A DNA stretch of 63,577 nucleotides, the filler included, from Pelomyxa schiedti (lineage: Eukaryota > Protista > Evosea): NCBI GenBank assembly GCA_020536535.1. It is 3 parts of 3 records of this genome, joined end to end, with 100 filler letters (N's around TTAATTAATTAA, not from the genome) between each part and the next. Parts side by side here need not be neighbours in the genome. Positions count along the whole stretch, not along the records: positions 1 to 31,924 come from JAHLWZ010000353.1; 2 more parts are not named here. One strand, written 5' to 3'. A program made the translations under genes and the position numbers. Every line of letters begins with the position of its first letter. Position 1 is the first letter of the stretch. The notes beneath the pieces were generated by a model, which made no database searches, was not told where the DNA came from, and saw only the letters and a program-made list of their open reading frames with translations. Of this stretch, positions 1 through 12,642 are shown piece by piece.

Positions 1-439
1 GCCTGTTGCACCAGCTTGTACTGCTTGGCTTGCAGATGCACAGATCCACACCCAAATGTAACTATTAGTTCTAGAGACTGCCCACACGGTAGGTACTTCT
101 TCCACAAGCTAGGCTTTTGTTTCCCCATTCCAGTGCGTAAGAAATCACCAATCTTTGAGAGTAGTTGTATTCTTCTACCTGCCCAAATGCCATTTTCTGG
201 GGGGCAGTGGATTCACTCAGCCCCCAAACAAAAATTTCTCTGCCAGCCAACACTGCAACATGTCTGCAAATATGTCAGCACATTTTCATGGACACGTTTC
301 CCTTTTTTTTTGGCTGCAGTGCCGTTGGCCACAAGAGATGTGGCTGATTTCGAGCTGGCTGATTCCCGACAGACACGGCACCAATTCTGGTCTCGGGATC
401 TGTTTCTTTTGGTACAATCGGTCACCCCCACTTGTACAT
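1..439 (-). CDS. Possible RCC1-repeat protein, 5' part only (runs off the window's left end)
   Basis: Spliced reading gives PELVPCLSGISQLEISHISCGQRHVAVLAGREIFVWG...FGQIGD, which resembles RCC1/BLIP-II repeats. The start (MYKWG) needs a one-base frameshift in a G run. Confidence 0.4.
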
Positions 440-506
440 CTTGTTCTGGAAAAATCTTTTGTCCATGAACTTGTGTGTTTCACAAAAAAAGAAGTGTGGT
501 GTTTGA

Positions 507-1802
507 CTAGAAGGAGGACACGTTGAGAATTTCATAAAGAGGAGGAATGCCTAGCTTGAGAAGTTCAAGACCAGAGGAGTGTTCTGTGACCAGGATGTGG
601 TCCCTCCTCAAATGCATCAACAACCCAGCCACTCCCTCCACAATGCTACAGCACCCTGGGTGGTCAATAACCCTCAGTGCGCGTGTGGTGTTGTTGCAAT
701 CCCAAATTTCAAAGGTACTACCATGTGACACACAATAGAGCCTGTCACTCAGGGCCGAAAGTAGTACCCCAGGAATTTCACCAGGTGGTGAACATACAAA
801 ACGGGATGTATGTACTGGGGAATTTGGGCTGCCTGACTCTGAATGCTGCAGTACTATATAGGCACCGTTGTGGTACCCGCTCAAAACAATGAAAACACGC
901 TGATGTGATTCTGACTGAAGAGTCACCAATGAGGAAAACCAGTAGTGCTTAGTCGGAGCTTTTGGTACTTTTGGGAGGTAGCACCTTGAGGAAGCAATAG
1001 GGATCAGGGAATTTGTTGACCAGGCCTGTTCCAGGTTAAAAACATTAAGATCGATGTATTCCGCATCAGGGTCACGGGGAACGAATACAGCCTCATCACG
1101 GCCACGAACTAGGAAAACCCCACTGGTACAATGTGCTGGTGCCAATATTGCTGCACGCTGGCTCCCTGGGTCCACTGACAGGTTCACAATGGCAACTTCT
1201 CCTGACTCATGGGAGAGCACCAACCACTTGTGATTCACAACGGACGCGGCATCAGTTGAAAACTTGCTGCAATCCCACAACAGCGCCGGTTTTGAATGAC
1301 CATTGCCCGTTTTACTGCTAGCGGACATTTGATAGAACCTGAAGCCGGCTTCTTCTAGCTTCCTCACGGTGACATATGACTTGTTTACTGCAATAACATC
1401 ACCCCCATGGGTCTCATTAAACAACCGGGTCTGTTTCACACCCAGAGTCGCCATTGACACACCAAACATCGTAAATGTTTCCCCCTCAGAACCAAATAGG
1501 CTGACGCCAAACGACCTCACGGCGGAATTCGCCCTCTCCCACACCAGGCGCGCTATAAGAAGCAATGACGATGGTGGAAGTCGATCGCCATAATGGGATC
1601 CGCACCTCTGGTGGGAAATCGTGCACAAGGCTACGAACTGGGACCGCAGATCCAGCAGGGTGGTTGAAGCAGATGGGGGCGACGCAGGCGGTGAACGGAG
1701 ATTATGGGAAGGGATAAGGTGAGAAACGCTTTCGATAACGGGGGCTGATTGCGAGGGGACAGTGGGGGTGCCTCGGCCTCGGCGTCTCCGGTTCTTACCC
1801 AT
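507..1802 (-). CDS. Intronless hypothetical protein (lineage-expanded family, probably beta-propeller-like C-terminus)
   Basis: Long ORF with first ATG at 1802 (MGKNRRRRG). The motif LDLRSQFVALC..HQRCG and the beta-rich remainder resemble a large Pelomyxa-type paralog family (recognised from memory, not searched). Confidence 0.7.
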   Translation of the reverse strand: MGKNRRRRGRGTPTVPSQSAPVIESVSHLIPSHNLRSPPASPPSASTTLLDLRSQFVALCTISHQRCGSHYGDRLPPSSLLLIARLVWERANSAVRSFGVSLFGSEGETFTMFGVSMATLGVKQTRLFNETHGGDVIAVNKSYVTVRKLEEAGFRFYQMSASSKTGNGHSKPALLWDCSKFSTDAASVVNHKWLVLSHESGEVAIVNLSVDPGSQRAAILAPAHCTSGVFLVRGRDEAVFVPRDPDAEYIDLNVFNLEQAWSTNSLIPIASSRCYLPKVPKAPTKHYWFSSLVTLQSESHQRVFIVLSGYHNGAYIVLQHSESGSPNSPVHTSRFVCSPPGEIPGVLLSALSDRLYCVSHGSTFEIWDCNNTTRALRVIDHPGCCSIVEGVAGLLMHLRRDHILVTEHSSGLELLKLGIPPLYEILNVSSF

Positions 1803-2176
1803 TTCCGATGTTCCTGATGAAGAACAGGGAATTCCTGTTCCAGACACATTTCACACCCTGGTAGGGCTCAAAGCGAAATGAGTAAACTGAGTATCGTAAG
1901 TTTACTCTTCCCTGGATCCGGCTGCTTGACGAAGGGGTGATGTTGGGCACAGTAGACATCTACTTCTGCGTGTTGCTTGTTTATCTGAAGAAAGAGAATT
2001 TTCTCCTCTAGCTTTTTTTAGACTGCCGAATCTGTTGGATTTCCTGTAACACCAAATCGTAGAAAGGAAACATATCCTCATTTAGCTAAATTTTTTCTCG
2101 TAGATACAAATGTACAAGGAGAACTTGCGTAAGTAGAGGAAAACAACAAAAAAGGTCCACCGCCGAAAGCCCAGCA

Positions 2177-3381
2177 ATGCAACCCCCACAGCAAGCCACA
2201 CGTAAGAGAGTGTCCGTAGTTGCAGGCGGTGCTGGGTTCATTGGCTCGCATCTGTGCGACTACTTGCTGAAGCGTGGGGATAGGGTCATAGCACTTGACA
2301 ACCTTTGCACCGGCTGTGCGGATAATCTACGAGAAGCTTCCTCGAGCACAGACTTCAAACTGGTGAAGGCCGACGTGGTGGACAAATCCTCACTGGATTT
2401 GTTGTTGGGTATTCGTAATTCTGAGGACTGGTGGGGATCCATGAACCTCAAAATTGACTGTGTGTACCACTTGGCATCCAGGGCATCGCCTGTGGATTTT
2501 GTGGATCATGCACGTGAGTTCTCCCCCACACGCAATAAAAAATACTTATTAATATATGAGATTGTAGGAAGTTTAATGCTAAATTTGTGATTATTACTTA
2601 TGACCGGTTTTTAACAAGTGGAGATACTGGATAGCAACAGTGAGGGCACCAAGAACTTGATACAGCTGGCATTGCAACATAATGCGCGGTTCTTGCTTGC
2701 TTCCACTTCGGAGTGCTATGGCAGTGCGGCTGTTGTGCCCCAACCTGAGACATATTGGGGCTGTGTCAACTCTATTGGTGTACGCAGCTGCTATGATGAG
2801 GGAAAACGATTTGGTGAAGCTTTGACAATGGCACATGTCAGGTTTTTTTCCTATTTCTAGTGGTTGGGTAAGTTTTAATGACAATAGCAGAAATGGACTG
2901 AATGGACGCATTGTGAGAATCTTCAATACGTACGGGTCGCGTATGAGGAAAACTGATGGTAGAGTGATACCCTCTTTTGTATCACAAGCTATTTCCTCCA
3001 CTCCCCTAACTGTGCATGGTTCTGGAATGCAAACAAGAAGTTTTTGTCACGTTTCGGACCTTGTTCAAGGTGAGTATTCAATTTCTTCAACACTTGATGG
3101 TAATGCCATAAAAAGGTTTGTACCTGGCAATGAATGTAGGTTCAAGTGGGGAAGTTATAAACCTTGGAAACCCAGAAGAAGTTACCATGATGCAGGTGGC
3201 ACAGAAGGTGATTGATATTTCCCATAGTGCCTCAAGCTTGAACTATGTGGCACTTCCTCAAGATGATCCGCCACGGAGATGTCCTGATATTTCAAAAGCG
3301 AAGAGGTTGCTTGGGTGGGAACCTCATGTTCAACTGGACGAGGGTCTTACTTCTACAATCGAGTGGTTTTTTGCCCATTAA
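2177..3381 (+). CDS. UXS1: UDP-glucuronate decarboxylase (UDP-xylose synthase), 4 exons
   Basis: Motifs [36 protein letters not shown] (YxxxK), [30 protein letters not shown]. Introns include donors at 2514 and 3070. Confidence 0.95.
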
Positions 3382-3422
3382 TGGGTGGCATAGGAGGAGA
3401 ATTTTTTTTTGATTTATGTTGT

Positions 3423-4547
3423 TCATATACTCGAGTTGTGTGTGACTTGGAGTACCGAAACAAGGTGCTCCACTGCGGAATGTTGCAGCTTGTCTGATAT
3501 ATATTTAGCACTGGAGGAAATATCGCTGCTAAGCTTTCTGTTCTGCACCACAATCTCCGGGAAAATGCTGTATACAGCGAAGGGAGGCGTTTTTTCACAG
3601 AGGATAATGTTTAGTTGCTGATCCCAGTTGGCAATAGTCTTGATGTACGTTCTGTTGTCCAGGAATTTAAGAATAAAATCAGCAGCAGTTTTGTTGCGGA
3701 AGACCACTGCATGAGCGCAAAGGGCAGACGTAGTTCGATAAATGGGCCCCCATACTCGCTCTCCCTTCTTCTCATAGCAGTGGCCAAGCCGCAGAATTCC
3801 CCAGTCGTCTGGTAAGTGCTCCATTATATCAGAAAGCCGGTCCCTGATGTTGGTTTCAAAGTCGACGTCATCCTCAAGTAAAAGTACAGTGCCATAACCT
3901 TCTCCCTGGCTGGATATATAACGCAGCAGCCGGACACCAGTATGCATCAGAGCCCAGATACCATAAGATGGAGGCTTGTTGTACTTCATTTGTTCCCCAT
4001 AATCCAAATCAATGGTGTTGTTAAACCTGTTGCACAATTACTGCCCGAATGCAAACAAGAAGGTATAAACATACTCACTGAGTCTACCAGCCTGCCAAAG
4101 TTTGTGCAGCAGTGCGCCATCAGTCCCGGCCCACATAGTGTGTTCTATGTTGTAAGCCCCCAGAAGGTACTGCATCCTGGTCCACCGGTCTAAACGCCGT
4201 GGCAGGCTTATCACAAACACGTGGTCGATTCCCGGCAGCGGCACAGCTTCTGTGACACACCTTCTTCCTCCGTCATCGCCACTGGATGAAACCGACAACG
4301 ATGAAGAAGAAGAACCAGACGAGGAAGAAGAATATGACGACGAGGAAGTGGAGGAGGAGGAGGAGGACGGGGAAAGGTGGTTGGATAGAGGAGCAGCTGT
4401 TGCCTGCGGGGAGCAATAGCAAGCAGCGCAGCCCTTGGCGGTTGCGGTAGAGGCGGACATGCTGAGCGCAATAGAAGAAGATACGTACACGGTGATGGCG
4501 CATGCTACGCCGCACAAGAAAACAACAACAAACTCAGACCGCCGCAT
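3423..4547 (-). CDS. Glycosyltransferase family 25-like, type II membrane protein, 2 exons
   Basis: N-terminal TM, Ser-rich stem, HVFVISLPRRLDRW, LLLEDDVDF, WGILRLG, LCAHA. A 48-nt GTATGT...CAG intron (4027-4074) removes the in-frame TAA. Confidence 0.85.
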
Positions 4548-4844
4548 CTCCCTCTGTGTTGCGGGAATCGCGGTTTTCGCTTTTCGGTTCTTGGACAAAG
4601 GAGAGGGAATAACAAGGAAGATAAGGAGAGAAGCCAAGTTTTATTACAACGTGGTGGTAAGGGATCCAACTCATCAGTCGAAAATGACATAGAGCGCAAT
4701 GAGAGCTGCACAGTACAGTGCACTGAAGGTAATCAACAGAATTTTGATTTTGCCAAGTCGTGTAACCACATTCTGCAGCTTTTCTTTGATTTCCCTCACT
4801 GAAAGCTCTGCATTTGAGGTCAGAATGGCTGGTTGATAAGGAAT

Positions 4845-7376
4845 TTACGCACTGCTGTGTGTTTCCAGCAACGATAGTGTCTCCTCATTGTCTGGTTGTG
4901 GCATTTGTGCTTGCTGAGAACTTTGTTGCTCATTTTGCTCTTCAGCACTAGATTTGGTCAGCTGCGCAGAGCTCTCTTCATGAACAGGTGAGGGTGGTCT
5001 TATGGGATCCTGAAAGTGGTTGTAAATTACATTGGAACTGCGCTGATATGTAGGATCTGTACATTTATGGTCCACCAGGTCAGGCCTGGGAGCGGTATTT
5101 GTGGGGTTCTATGCTGCAGGATAGACCCAATGACTTTAGGAGACTAAGATTAAAATGGATGGTGGATTTTGGGTACCAATGATCAGAGCACAAAATAGTG
5201 CAAGCAACATTCCAAAATAGAGATAGTTTAAGTCAGTAAACCCAGAATTTATATCACAACTGCGGAGAGTTACTTTGATAAAGGAAAATAAACCCTCACT
5301 AGTCAAAAACGAGTTCCAATGTAAATCTACATAATCCAATAAAGAGGCCAATTAGTAGAGCTGCAAGCACGGTTTTTTCAGAAACTCTTGTCGTGAAAAC
5401 TGCCGCCAGAAAAACAGCAGTTATAGGTGGAGCAAGATAATTGCTCACTGACTGAATATCTGTGGAGAAAATAAGAAAAGGGAAAATCAAAATGAATACT
5501 ACACACAGACAAAAATCTGGTCAGTTGAGGTTGAGACAAGAGGTAGCCATGCAAATGAAGTTGCAATTACAAAGAGTGTGGCTATTCTGCCTACAGTAAC
5601 GAGCTCGTGTTCTGAAGCTCTTGGGCGAGCATGTTTCCACAAATCAAGTGTGAACAGTGTTGAACAACTGCGCCATTTAAAATTAGTCTAATTAATAACT
5701 ACAGACTACCTGTTGAATACACTCGCCAGCCTAGGCATAGTTATTAAGATGCAGATATACACAGTACACACGTAGACATTAAAGCAGAAAGCATACTGGA
5801 AAGCATCACTCCCCGCAAGCCGTTTGGAAGAAGGCGCACCACCATCAAGGGATATGCTATGTCTGCTCTTTGCGACACCTCTGTGAGATTTCAGTACACA
5901 GTTCAGATAAGCATAAGATCACCCTCAGGATAAAGTGCGTAGGCAATGACACCAACAAATGACATCATGAACAGAGGTAAAATCTTTAAAAATGCGGCAC
6001 TGTGGCGGAAGTTATATAGAGAAATTACTGTGTAAGCATACCCTATTGTTCCAGCACGACCATGATCCAGGTTCTTTGCACTTAAACTATTTGAAAAAAG
6101 TAAATTAGCTTCTTTTTATGAGGAAGGTTGGATACGCTCGTTGAACCATGACTTGGTCTGCACACCAGTACCAGAGACTGCTTGCATAAACACAAAAAAC
6201 CATCCCTTTTTATATGTTAGAGGCAACGTCACACCACTCAATTTATACCAGGCCATGGGTAGTATGGGTCTGTGGCAGGCTGCAGAAGGTTAAAATATGA
6301 ATCAGGTATTCCATAGTTATTCATCAGTCCACTCATTCCACCAACCTTGGAGATATGAACCTCAAATCAAGAGCTTTCAAATACCTCCCAAAAGGCAATA
6401 GACATTAACGTCAGACCACCTGCATGGAAAAATTACTTTTATCTGTAAGTAATTACTCAAGTCATGCCAATTACAAGAGCAAATGTTTGGAATAGCTCAG
6501 TGCTTTTGATTGGAGAAATATCTGGGCCTTTAAACCACGAGAAAAGATTGGAAGTTCCTTACTATATGACAGCATTAAGACCGCCAATTACTGAATAAGC
6601 ACCAGTGCACAAGATCAAAACAAGAGAACCTAGGTACGCATTCCACCCTCCAACTTCCTGCCTGGGAAGAAACTAAAAACTACTCAATAGATTTGAAGGA
6701 GCCCTTACAGTATAATTCCACCCGAGTAAAGGGCCACAGACGTTTTAGTAAAAACGTAAATGAGCAAGGACAGGCCGGAGAGGTATAACTTGATTTTACT
6801 GCTTGCGAATCTCCGCTGTAGATATTCTGGCATTGTGCAGACTTTAGCAATCTGATACACTGGTAGAAAGAGCCAACCCAGCACTAACAGTAGTAGCCCA
6901 CCTTATGTGATAGTTATTTTGAGCTCGCCCAAATCAATATCGGAATCAAACCAGCAAGGAGTTCAAAACCAGCGGCTGCAATTCCAGTCTTTGCTCCACT
7001 CCCAGCCAGTCCCACAAAGTGTTCGGCCCCAATATTCGATGAGAAGAGGCTCGCTTTGTTTACAGTTAGTCAGTACTGTATCGCCACCACAGTTATATAT
7101 TTGAGGAGAAAGAGAAAAGAAACAAAGTAGCAGCTTATTTGATGGCGTCAAACCTCCCACAGCAAACCAAGGGATGCCCCTGCCAGCCAGAAAAAAAGTG
7201 GTCGGGTCCGTGCCCCTCTTTCTGGACGCGAAAAACGCAATTGTGGCCAGTATGAAGAAGTACACAACAATAGCCACATAGTCCAGAATATTCAGGGTCT
7301 CGCTATCCCCATTGCTCCCACTGACACTGACACTTTCCCCACTGCTGCAGGGTGTTGTCGACACTGACAGCGACAT
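4845..7376 (-). CDS. Sodium:solute symporter (SLC5, SGLT/SMIT-like), many exons
   Basis: Motifs [82 protein letters not shown]. Confidence 0.92.
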
Positions 7377-7537
7377 TGAACAAACCTGCCGATGGGGTTC
7401 TCAAACCTCGACCTGGGATGGGATACGATGGAGAAGATTATGAGAAAACCTGACTAGCTCTCTCTAGAGAGTGGCAAGAGAGTCGGTGGGGGGTTCTATT
7501 TATACCATTACAAGAGAGCGCTGTGGGTGCATGGTTG

Positions 7538-10182
7538 CTAGGGAGGCAGAGGGGCGTTTGGGTGATATTGTACTGTTTGCCCAGGGGTAAAAAGGGCAAC
7601 AGCAGGGTGGACAGAGAGCCAGGTGTTGGGAAAGCTCAAATGCGACGACCACTTTACGCGATTCAAATAAAATTGCACAGTGAAGTTCGATGTATCTACA
7701 GCAACACCCACTATTTGGCATTAGCAAGGAAATCAACTGTTGTCTTAATATACCTTTGGTCCCTTGCGAAAATTCCACTGGTTCAGGGAAAGGATGATTT
7801 CCAACACCATAGATGATGCCTTCGGAATTCCATCCAATCCCTTCTACCGCGCTAAAATTCTGCCCTGTTTGGGCCGTAACGCCATCTTTGACAATGCCTA
7901 TCATAAGGTTGCCCTTGCTGGGTTTCATAATGATTTCGACTGTTCAGATGTTATTTCATGATTAAGCGTCCTTACTTGCATACCTTCGAAGCAAGATCTT
8001 GTTCTGTAGAACACAGGTAATCCCACTAATAACTGCCAGACTGGAGTGGCACCAGTGCTCAGTTGACCCACTTTGCGAATGCACGCATTTGGCCCTGCCT
8101 CGATATCAGGTAGAAGTTGGGAAGGCCAAACAGGAACAGATGTTGAGATGGAAGTACTTCCACCGTTTCCAGTATTCTGTAGAGTTCCAATTGCAGCCCT
8201 GTTAGTTTCCAGATTAGGGTCAGGACTTCCTAGAGCAACAACTCGCATAGCACTTAGTGGGCCCATACCAGCAGAATTGAATGCTGCCACCTGAAAAGCG
8301 ACTCGCTTTCCAGTTGCATGCACTGCAGTTGAAGGAAACGGTATGAAATGGTGCTCTATATTTGTGCCGGAAAATATTTCAGTAGTAATCTCTTCTTGAG
8401 TATAGTGGGCACTCAGCCAGGCAGCAGTCTCCCCAACAGCAACCCCACCTGTGAGGGCACTCCCCCCACTTCGACGGATTGGAGCTCGTGGAGTGGGTAG
8501 AATGGTCTGAAAAATCTTATAACCAAGCACTGGCTCTTTGGAGGGGCTCCAGGAAATGAATACTGGTGCGTCAGAGGAAACAGCAGGAGGCTCAACAACT
8601 GGCCGAGGTAATTGAGGAGGGGGGCGTTGATGAATGACATGACCAATGGAGTTCAGGGCATTTGCCACACTTTCCTGTCCTGTGAGTGAGAGTGATGCAG
8701 CACTGGTAGAAGGTGATATTGAAAGCGAGCTTGGGTGAGTCTGCCCGAGAACCAGTTCGCTGCATTGAAGAGCACTCAAAACTGTAAGTGGATTGCTAGA
8801 TGTGGAAGCCCAGCGACAGTCTTCACGGCACCGTTGCAATAATGAGATTATATTGTCCAGTGAAGACATGCGAACCAGTGTAGCATCATGTCGAGCAAGT
8901 TGTATTCGTCGGCTTTCGTCAATTAACGATTGCTCCGCTGCTGTGACAAGCTTGTGCAACTCGGCTGCAGTAGAGTGAATTTTGGCTTCAATGTTGTGGT
9001 GCTCTTGTGCTAATACTTCGAGATGTTGTGAGCCTGCTGCCTGCATTAGAGAATACATTAAAGAGCATTTTGTAGAGGGAAAGTGATGTGGTTAACTAAC
9101 CTTGCCCTTCACTTGAAACAATTTTATTCTGTCCTCAAAAGAAAGGGTATTTTTCTGTAATATTCTTTGTGTAGTGGAAAGGTCTAAGAAAATTTTCGTC
9201 AAAAGAAGACAAAAAAAGAGGAAATTACATTCTTCAATTGTCGTGCACCCAACACACTTTTTATGCTCTCCAAGGGCAGAGCAACAGGGACAATACAATT
9301 CGCAATGCTCCTTAATGGCAATGTGTTGTGTGTTGCAGAGGGAAGAAAATGTACCTTGCAGAAGCCAACAACTTCTAAAGAATGCTTATGACACAAAATT
9401 GTCGTGCTCATATCTGATAGAGGTACTTTTGTGTGGGTGCGCATAGCCTGGGCCGAGTGCTGCGACCCAAAGCACATTCGACAAAAGGCAAGGTTACATT
9501 CAAGGCACCTGGATTTGTTCAAGAGTTGAGTTGGTAAAGCAAGCCAAAATGTGACTCAAATCTGTTGTTGGTTGTTGGTCCTTTCGCTTCTAAATAGTAC
9601 AAAATTTACCCAATATGTGCTGGGCGACTGCACTTTGTGCAAGGAGGCACCACTGTGGCTTGTTTCTTTTTATCGATAAACTCTTTTAATGTAGTGTTGG
9701 AGGGCAATGAAGTTGCACCATCTGCTCTAATCATGAGTAAGAAACATTGAAGGGACTGCCTGCATGTCCATAATACCTGGTGACAGTTGTGGGCTCGCCA
9801 CAGGTAGGACAAATAAGCTGTATAAGATGAGAATTTTCTTCAGTAGATACAGTTCCCCAGCGAATTCCATTTCCAGCATTCACAGGTGTCCATCCTCCGC
9901 CCTAGTTAAAAAAATATCAAGGCAAAAACAAAACAAAAAAAAAAAAAAAAAACGTGTTAGTACGGTAGTTATTTCGTTGGCTAAAGTACGCTTAAAATTG
10001 AGCAAGAAGCTAATGCTTGTGCGCACTGAGAACAAGTATTGTGACCACAAGCCAACACGACCGGGTCGTCAAAAACACGCCCGCACATCTTGCAGTTCCA
10101 GTCATCTACACAAACGTTTAGAATCTCTCTTTACGCAAGATCTACCGCTGTATCGCTCACCTGGCGTAGTTGTCGATGCCAT
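7538..10182 (-). CDS. TRIM-like protein: RING, 2 B-boxes, coiled coil, FN3, SPRY
   Basis: RING CKMCGRVFDDPVVLACGHNTCSQC; B-boxes CLECNLAFCRMCFGSQH and CHKH..YCPCC; helical region; FN3 ISWSP..GYKI..FQVAAFNSAGMGPLS; SPRY GNLMIGIV..VGVAVDT..VQFYLN..VHPAVAL. Confidence 0.8.
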
Positions 10183-10259
10183 CAATCTTTTGATGAAGTA
10201 CTTTGAAAGTTGTGCACAAAGGAAAAAGCAGGGTTCTTTCTCTTTTTCCGTTTCTTTCT

Positions 10260-12302
10260 TTAGGAATTCGGCTTTGTTGAGTTATGAGGGATAGGGAGTG
10301 AAGGTGTACTCCTTCTGGTATTATTTGAGCCAGGGACCCATGTGGGTGGGGGTTGGCATGTACTGTCAGGTTTGGGGTTGACTGGGTATCTGTTGTTGTG
10401 CCTCATTTCTCGTACAGCTTTGATTAGTCCACACTCACCCCTGGGTATGTCAAAAAGCTGCAGGAATTTCGGCTGGAGTACGGCACTTGGTTCTGCTGGT
10501 GGACCGTTGATTGGTGACTGCTGGAGAGTTAGAGAATGTTTAAGATAATCACACCTGGATAACCTTGTAAGAAAGATATTCCTCATACAAGGTGTCATTC
10601 TGGTCTAGCAGATTGATATACTCTGCAAGTTCCTTTGGCGACTTGAAATCAGTTACCTATTCTAAGCAATCAATACTGGATACAGGGAAAAAAGAAGTGT
10701 TTACTTTTATAATTGAGTGTGGCGTTGGAGCAAAATCGTCAATATTAGGGGCTCCCATAACAATGGGAACAAGGCCAAGAGTAAGTGCACGCCAATATTT
10801 TTCAGTGATATAGTCCTCGCAAATTGAATTTTCAAAGGAGAGGTAAAACTATTGTAGATTTGAGATTGGCATGACATTTAACAGTGCATGGAACCTTGTA
10901 TTGCGAAAGAAAAATATTAAATGCTGTTCCGTTTTTCCCTTTTCCTAACTGCGCTTTACGAATGTGAGAATTGAAGAGTGAATGACTTCTACACGTAAAA
11001 CTTACCGGAATCCCACTTTTTTGTCTGAAGGCAAGCGCCAAAGCTATCAACATTAACGTATTTCATTAGCTCGGCAATGTACACTTCTCTTCTTGCACTT
11101 GTGAAACAGTTTGCTGCCACCCACACAATGGGATTTCTGCCAAAAAAGAAAGGTGATTTAATATGACTATATATTCGTAAAGTTCGTACCCGCGATGCTT
11201 CTGTGCAGTGGGAACGGGGGGAATAAGTACTCTGGCAGGGTTATTTGGCATGTAAGGTATCCATGTATCCGATTCCCGCCTAAGATGCATTTGTCAGCTG
11301 CGAGGGTCGAGCACAATTTACCAGTAAGTCATTGTCATATTGTATTTGTTCAAAGTTTGTGGCTTTGATCTGTCAGAAGAACCTCGTTCATTTGCTGGGA
11401 GACAGTTAAATGCAATAATGATGGCATAAAAAAAAGCACCTGGGGATTCCATTGAGCGAAGTACACGAGGCTGCGCAAAATTTGGTGGAGGCATATCCCC
11501 ATAAAAGTCCCTTGGGTGAAAAAGTAGTGCATCCGCTTCCTTCACTCGGCTTCGATTAGGTGTAAGCTCAAAAGAAAATCCACTGCAAGAATTGTGAGAA
11601 ACAGAAATGCAGGGGGAAAAAGGAGGAGCAAAGGGGGGAAGAACTATGCACACAACACACACGGTTCACAATTCCCAAAACAAACAACCGATCACTTGGT
11701 ACAGTTCCTGTATTCCGGAGTCACCTCTCGCCCCCATACTTTGGTCCACCACAGGAACACGAACCGGCGCTTCCCATCATCCCATTCCTCGCCCCCCATC
11801 GCGCTGCCAGGTCTAGCCGGCGCCACGATCCCAGGGGCANNNNNNNNNNNNNNNNNNNNNNNNNNNNNNNNNNNNNNNNNNNNNNNNNNNNNNNNNNNNN
11901 NNNNNNNNNNNNNNNNNNNNNNNNNNNNNNNNNNNNNNNAGTCACCTCTCGCCCCCATACTTTGGTCCACCACAGGAACACGAACCGGCGCTTCCCATCA
12001 TCCCATTCCTCGCCCCCCATCGCGCTGCCAGGTCTAGCCGGCGCCACGATCCCAGGGGCATTATGGGACGCGCCGGGCTCGCCCTCCACCGGGACCCCAG
12101 AGCCAGCAGGAGGAGGAGGAGGCATCAAGGCACGCCAGGCCACGGCGGCCACGGCAGCCATGCCGACCAGGAGCACGAGGAGCAGGGCTGTGTCCCTGCT
12201 CAGGCACCCGGACGTGCCGCGAGGCTCCGAGGCCGCGCCCCGCGCCCCGCCTGACTCCTCGTCGGCGCCACCGCCCGTCCCTGTGTGCTGCCTTTTGTGC
12301 AT
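10260..12302 (-). CDS. Alpha-1,3-fucosyltransferase (GT10), multi-exon, spans a spurious gap
   Basis: N-terminal TM, ADALLFH, SMESP, NMTMTY, ENSICEDYITEKYWRAL..VPIVMG, DFKSPKELAEYI..DTLYEEY. Confidence 0.9.
11719..12060. other. Assembly artefact: 121-nt exact duplication flanking a 100-N gap
   Basis: 11719-11839 is identical to 11940-12060. Collapsing the two copies restores a continuous GT10 exon. Confidence 0.9.
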
Positions 12303-12642
12303 TTCCCACGTTCTGGGGTATTTTCAAATCAAGAAATGATGAGATGAAACTTGAACGAGGTTCCTCAAAATCAAAGGCCAGGTTTGTGGGAGGGAAAGAA
12401 GGTGATGTGGGAAAGGGTTGAAGTGTGAAGCCATGAAACGGTAGAACGTGTCTGGTGGCCCAGCTTGTTGATGGGATAGTTGCTTCTGCTTCGGTGGTGA
12501 GTCAGCTCCCAGCTCTAGGTGTGGCCTGATCTGGTTAATTCCAGTAGAGTTTGAGTTAATGTACCAGGGAAAGTGGTGGCATCCCTGCAGAAACCAGTGA
12601 TTCCCAGAAGAATTATTTAATCTGTTTCGTCCGCGCGGCGAA

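Noticed and set aside
1880-1988. Hairpin GAGTAAACT...AGTTTACTC with a downstream CTGA, a possible snoRNA
   Set aside because: No proper box C and no good upstream element; a 9-bp inverted repeat alone is not enough.
4038-4040. In-frame TAA between two collinear GT25 ORFs, suggesting readthrough or an alternative genetic code
   Set aside because: It lies within a 48-nt GTATGT...CAG intron (4027-4074), and other genes end normally at TAA/TAG/TGA.
11719-12060. Direct repeat flanking a gap, resembling an LTR or tandem duplication
   Set aside because: It is an exact overlap around 100 Ns, and collapsing it restores the exon, so it is a scaffolding artefact.
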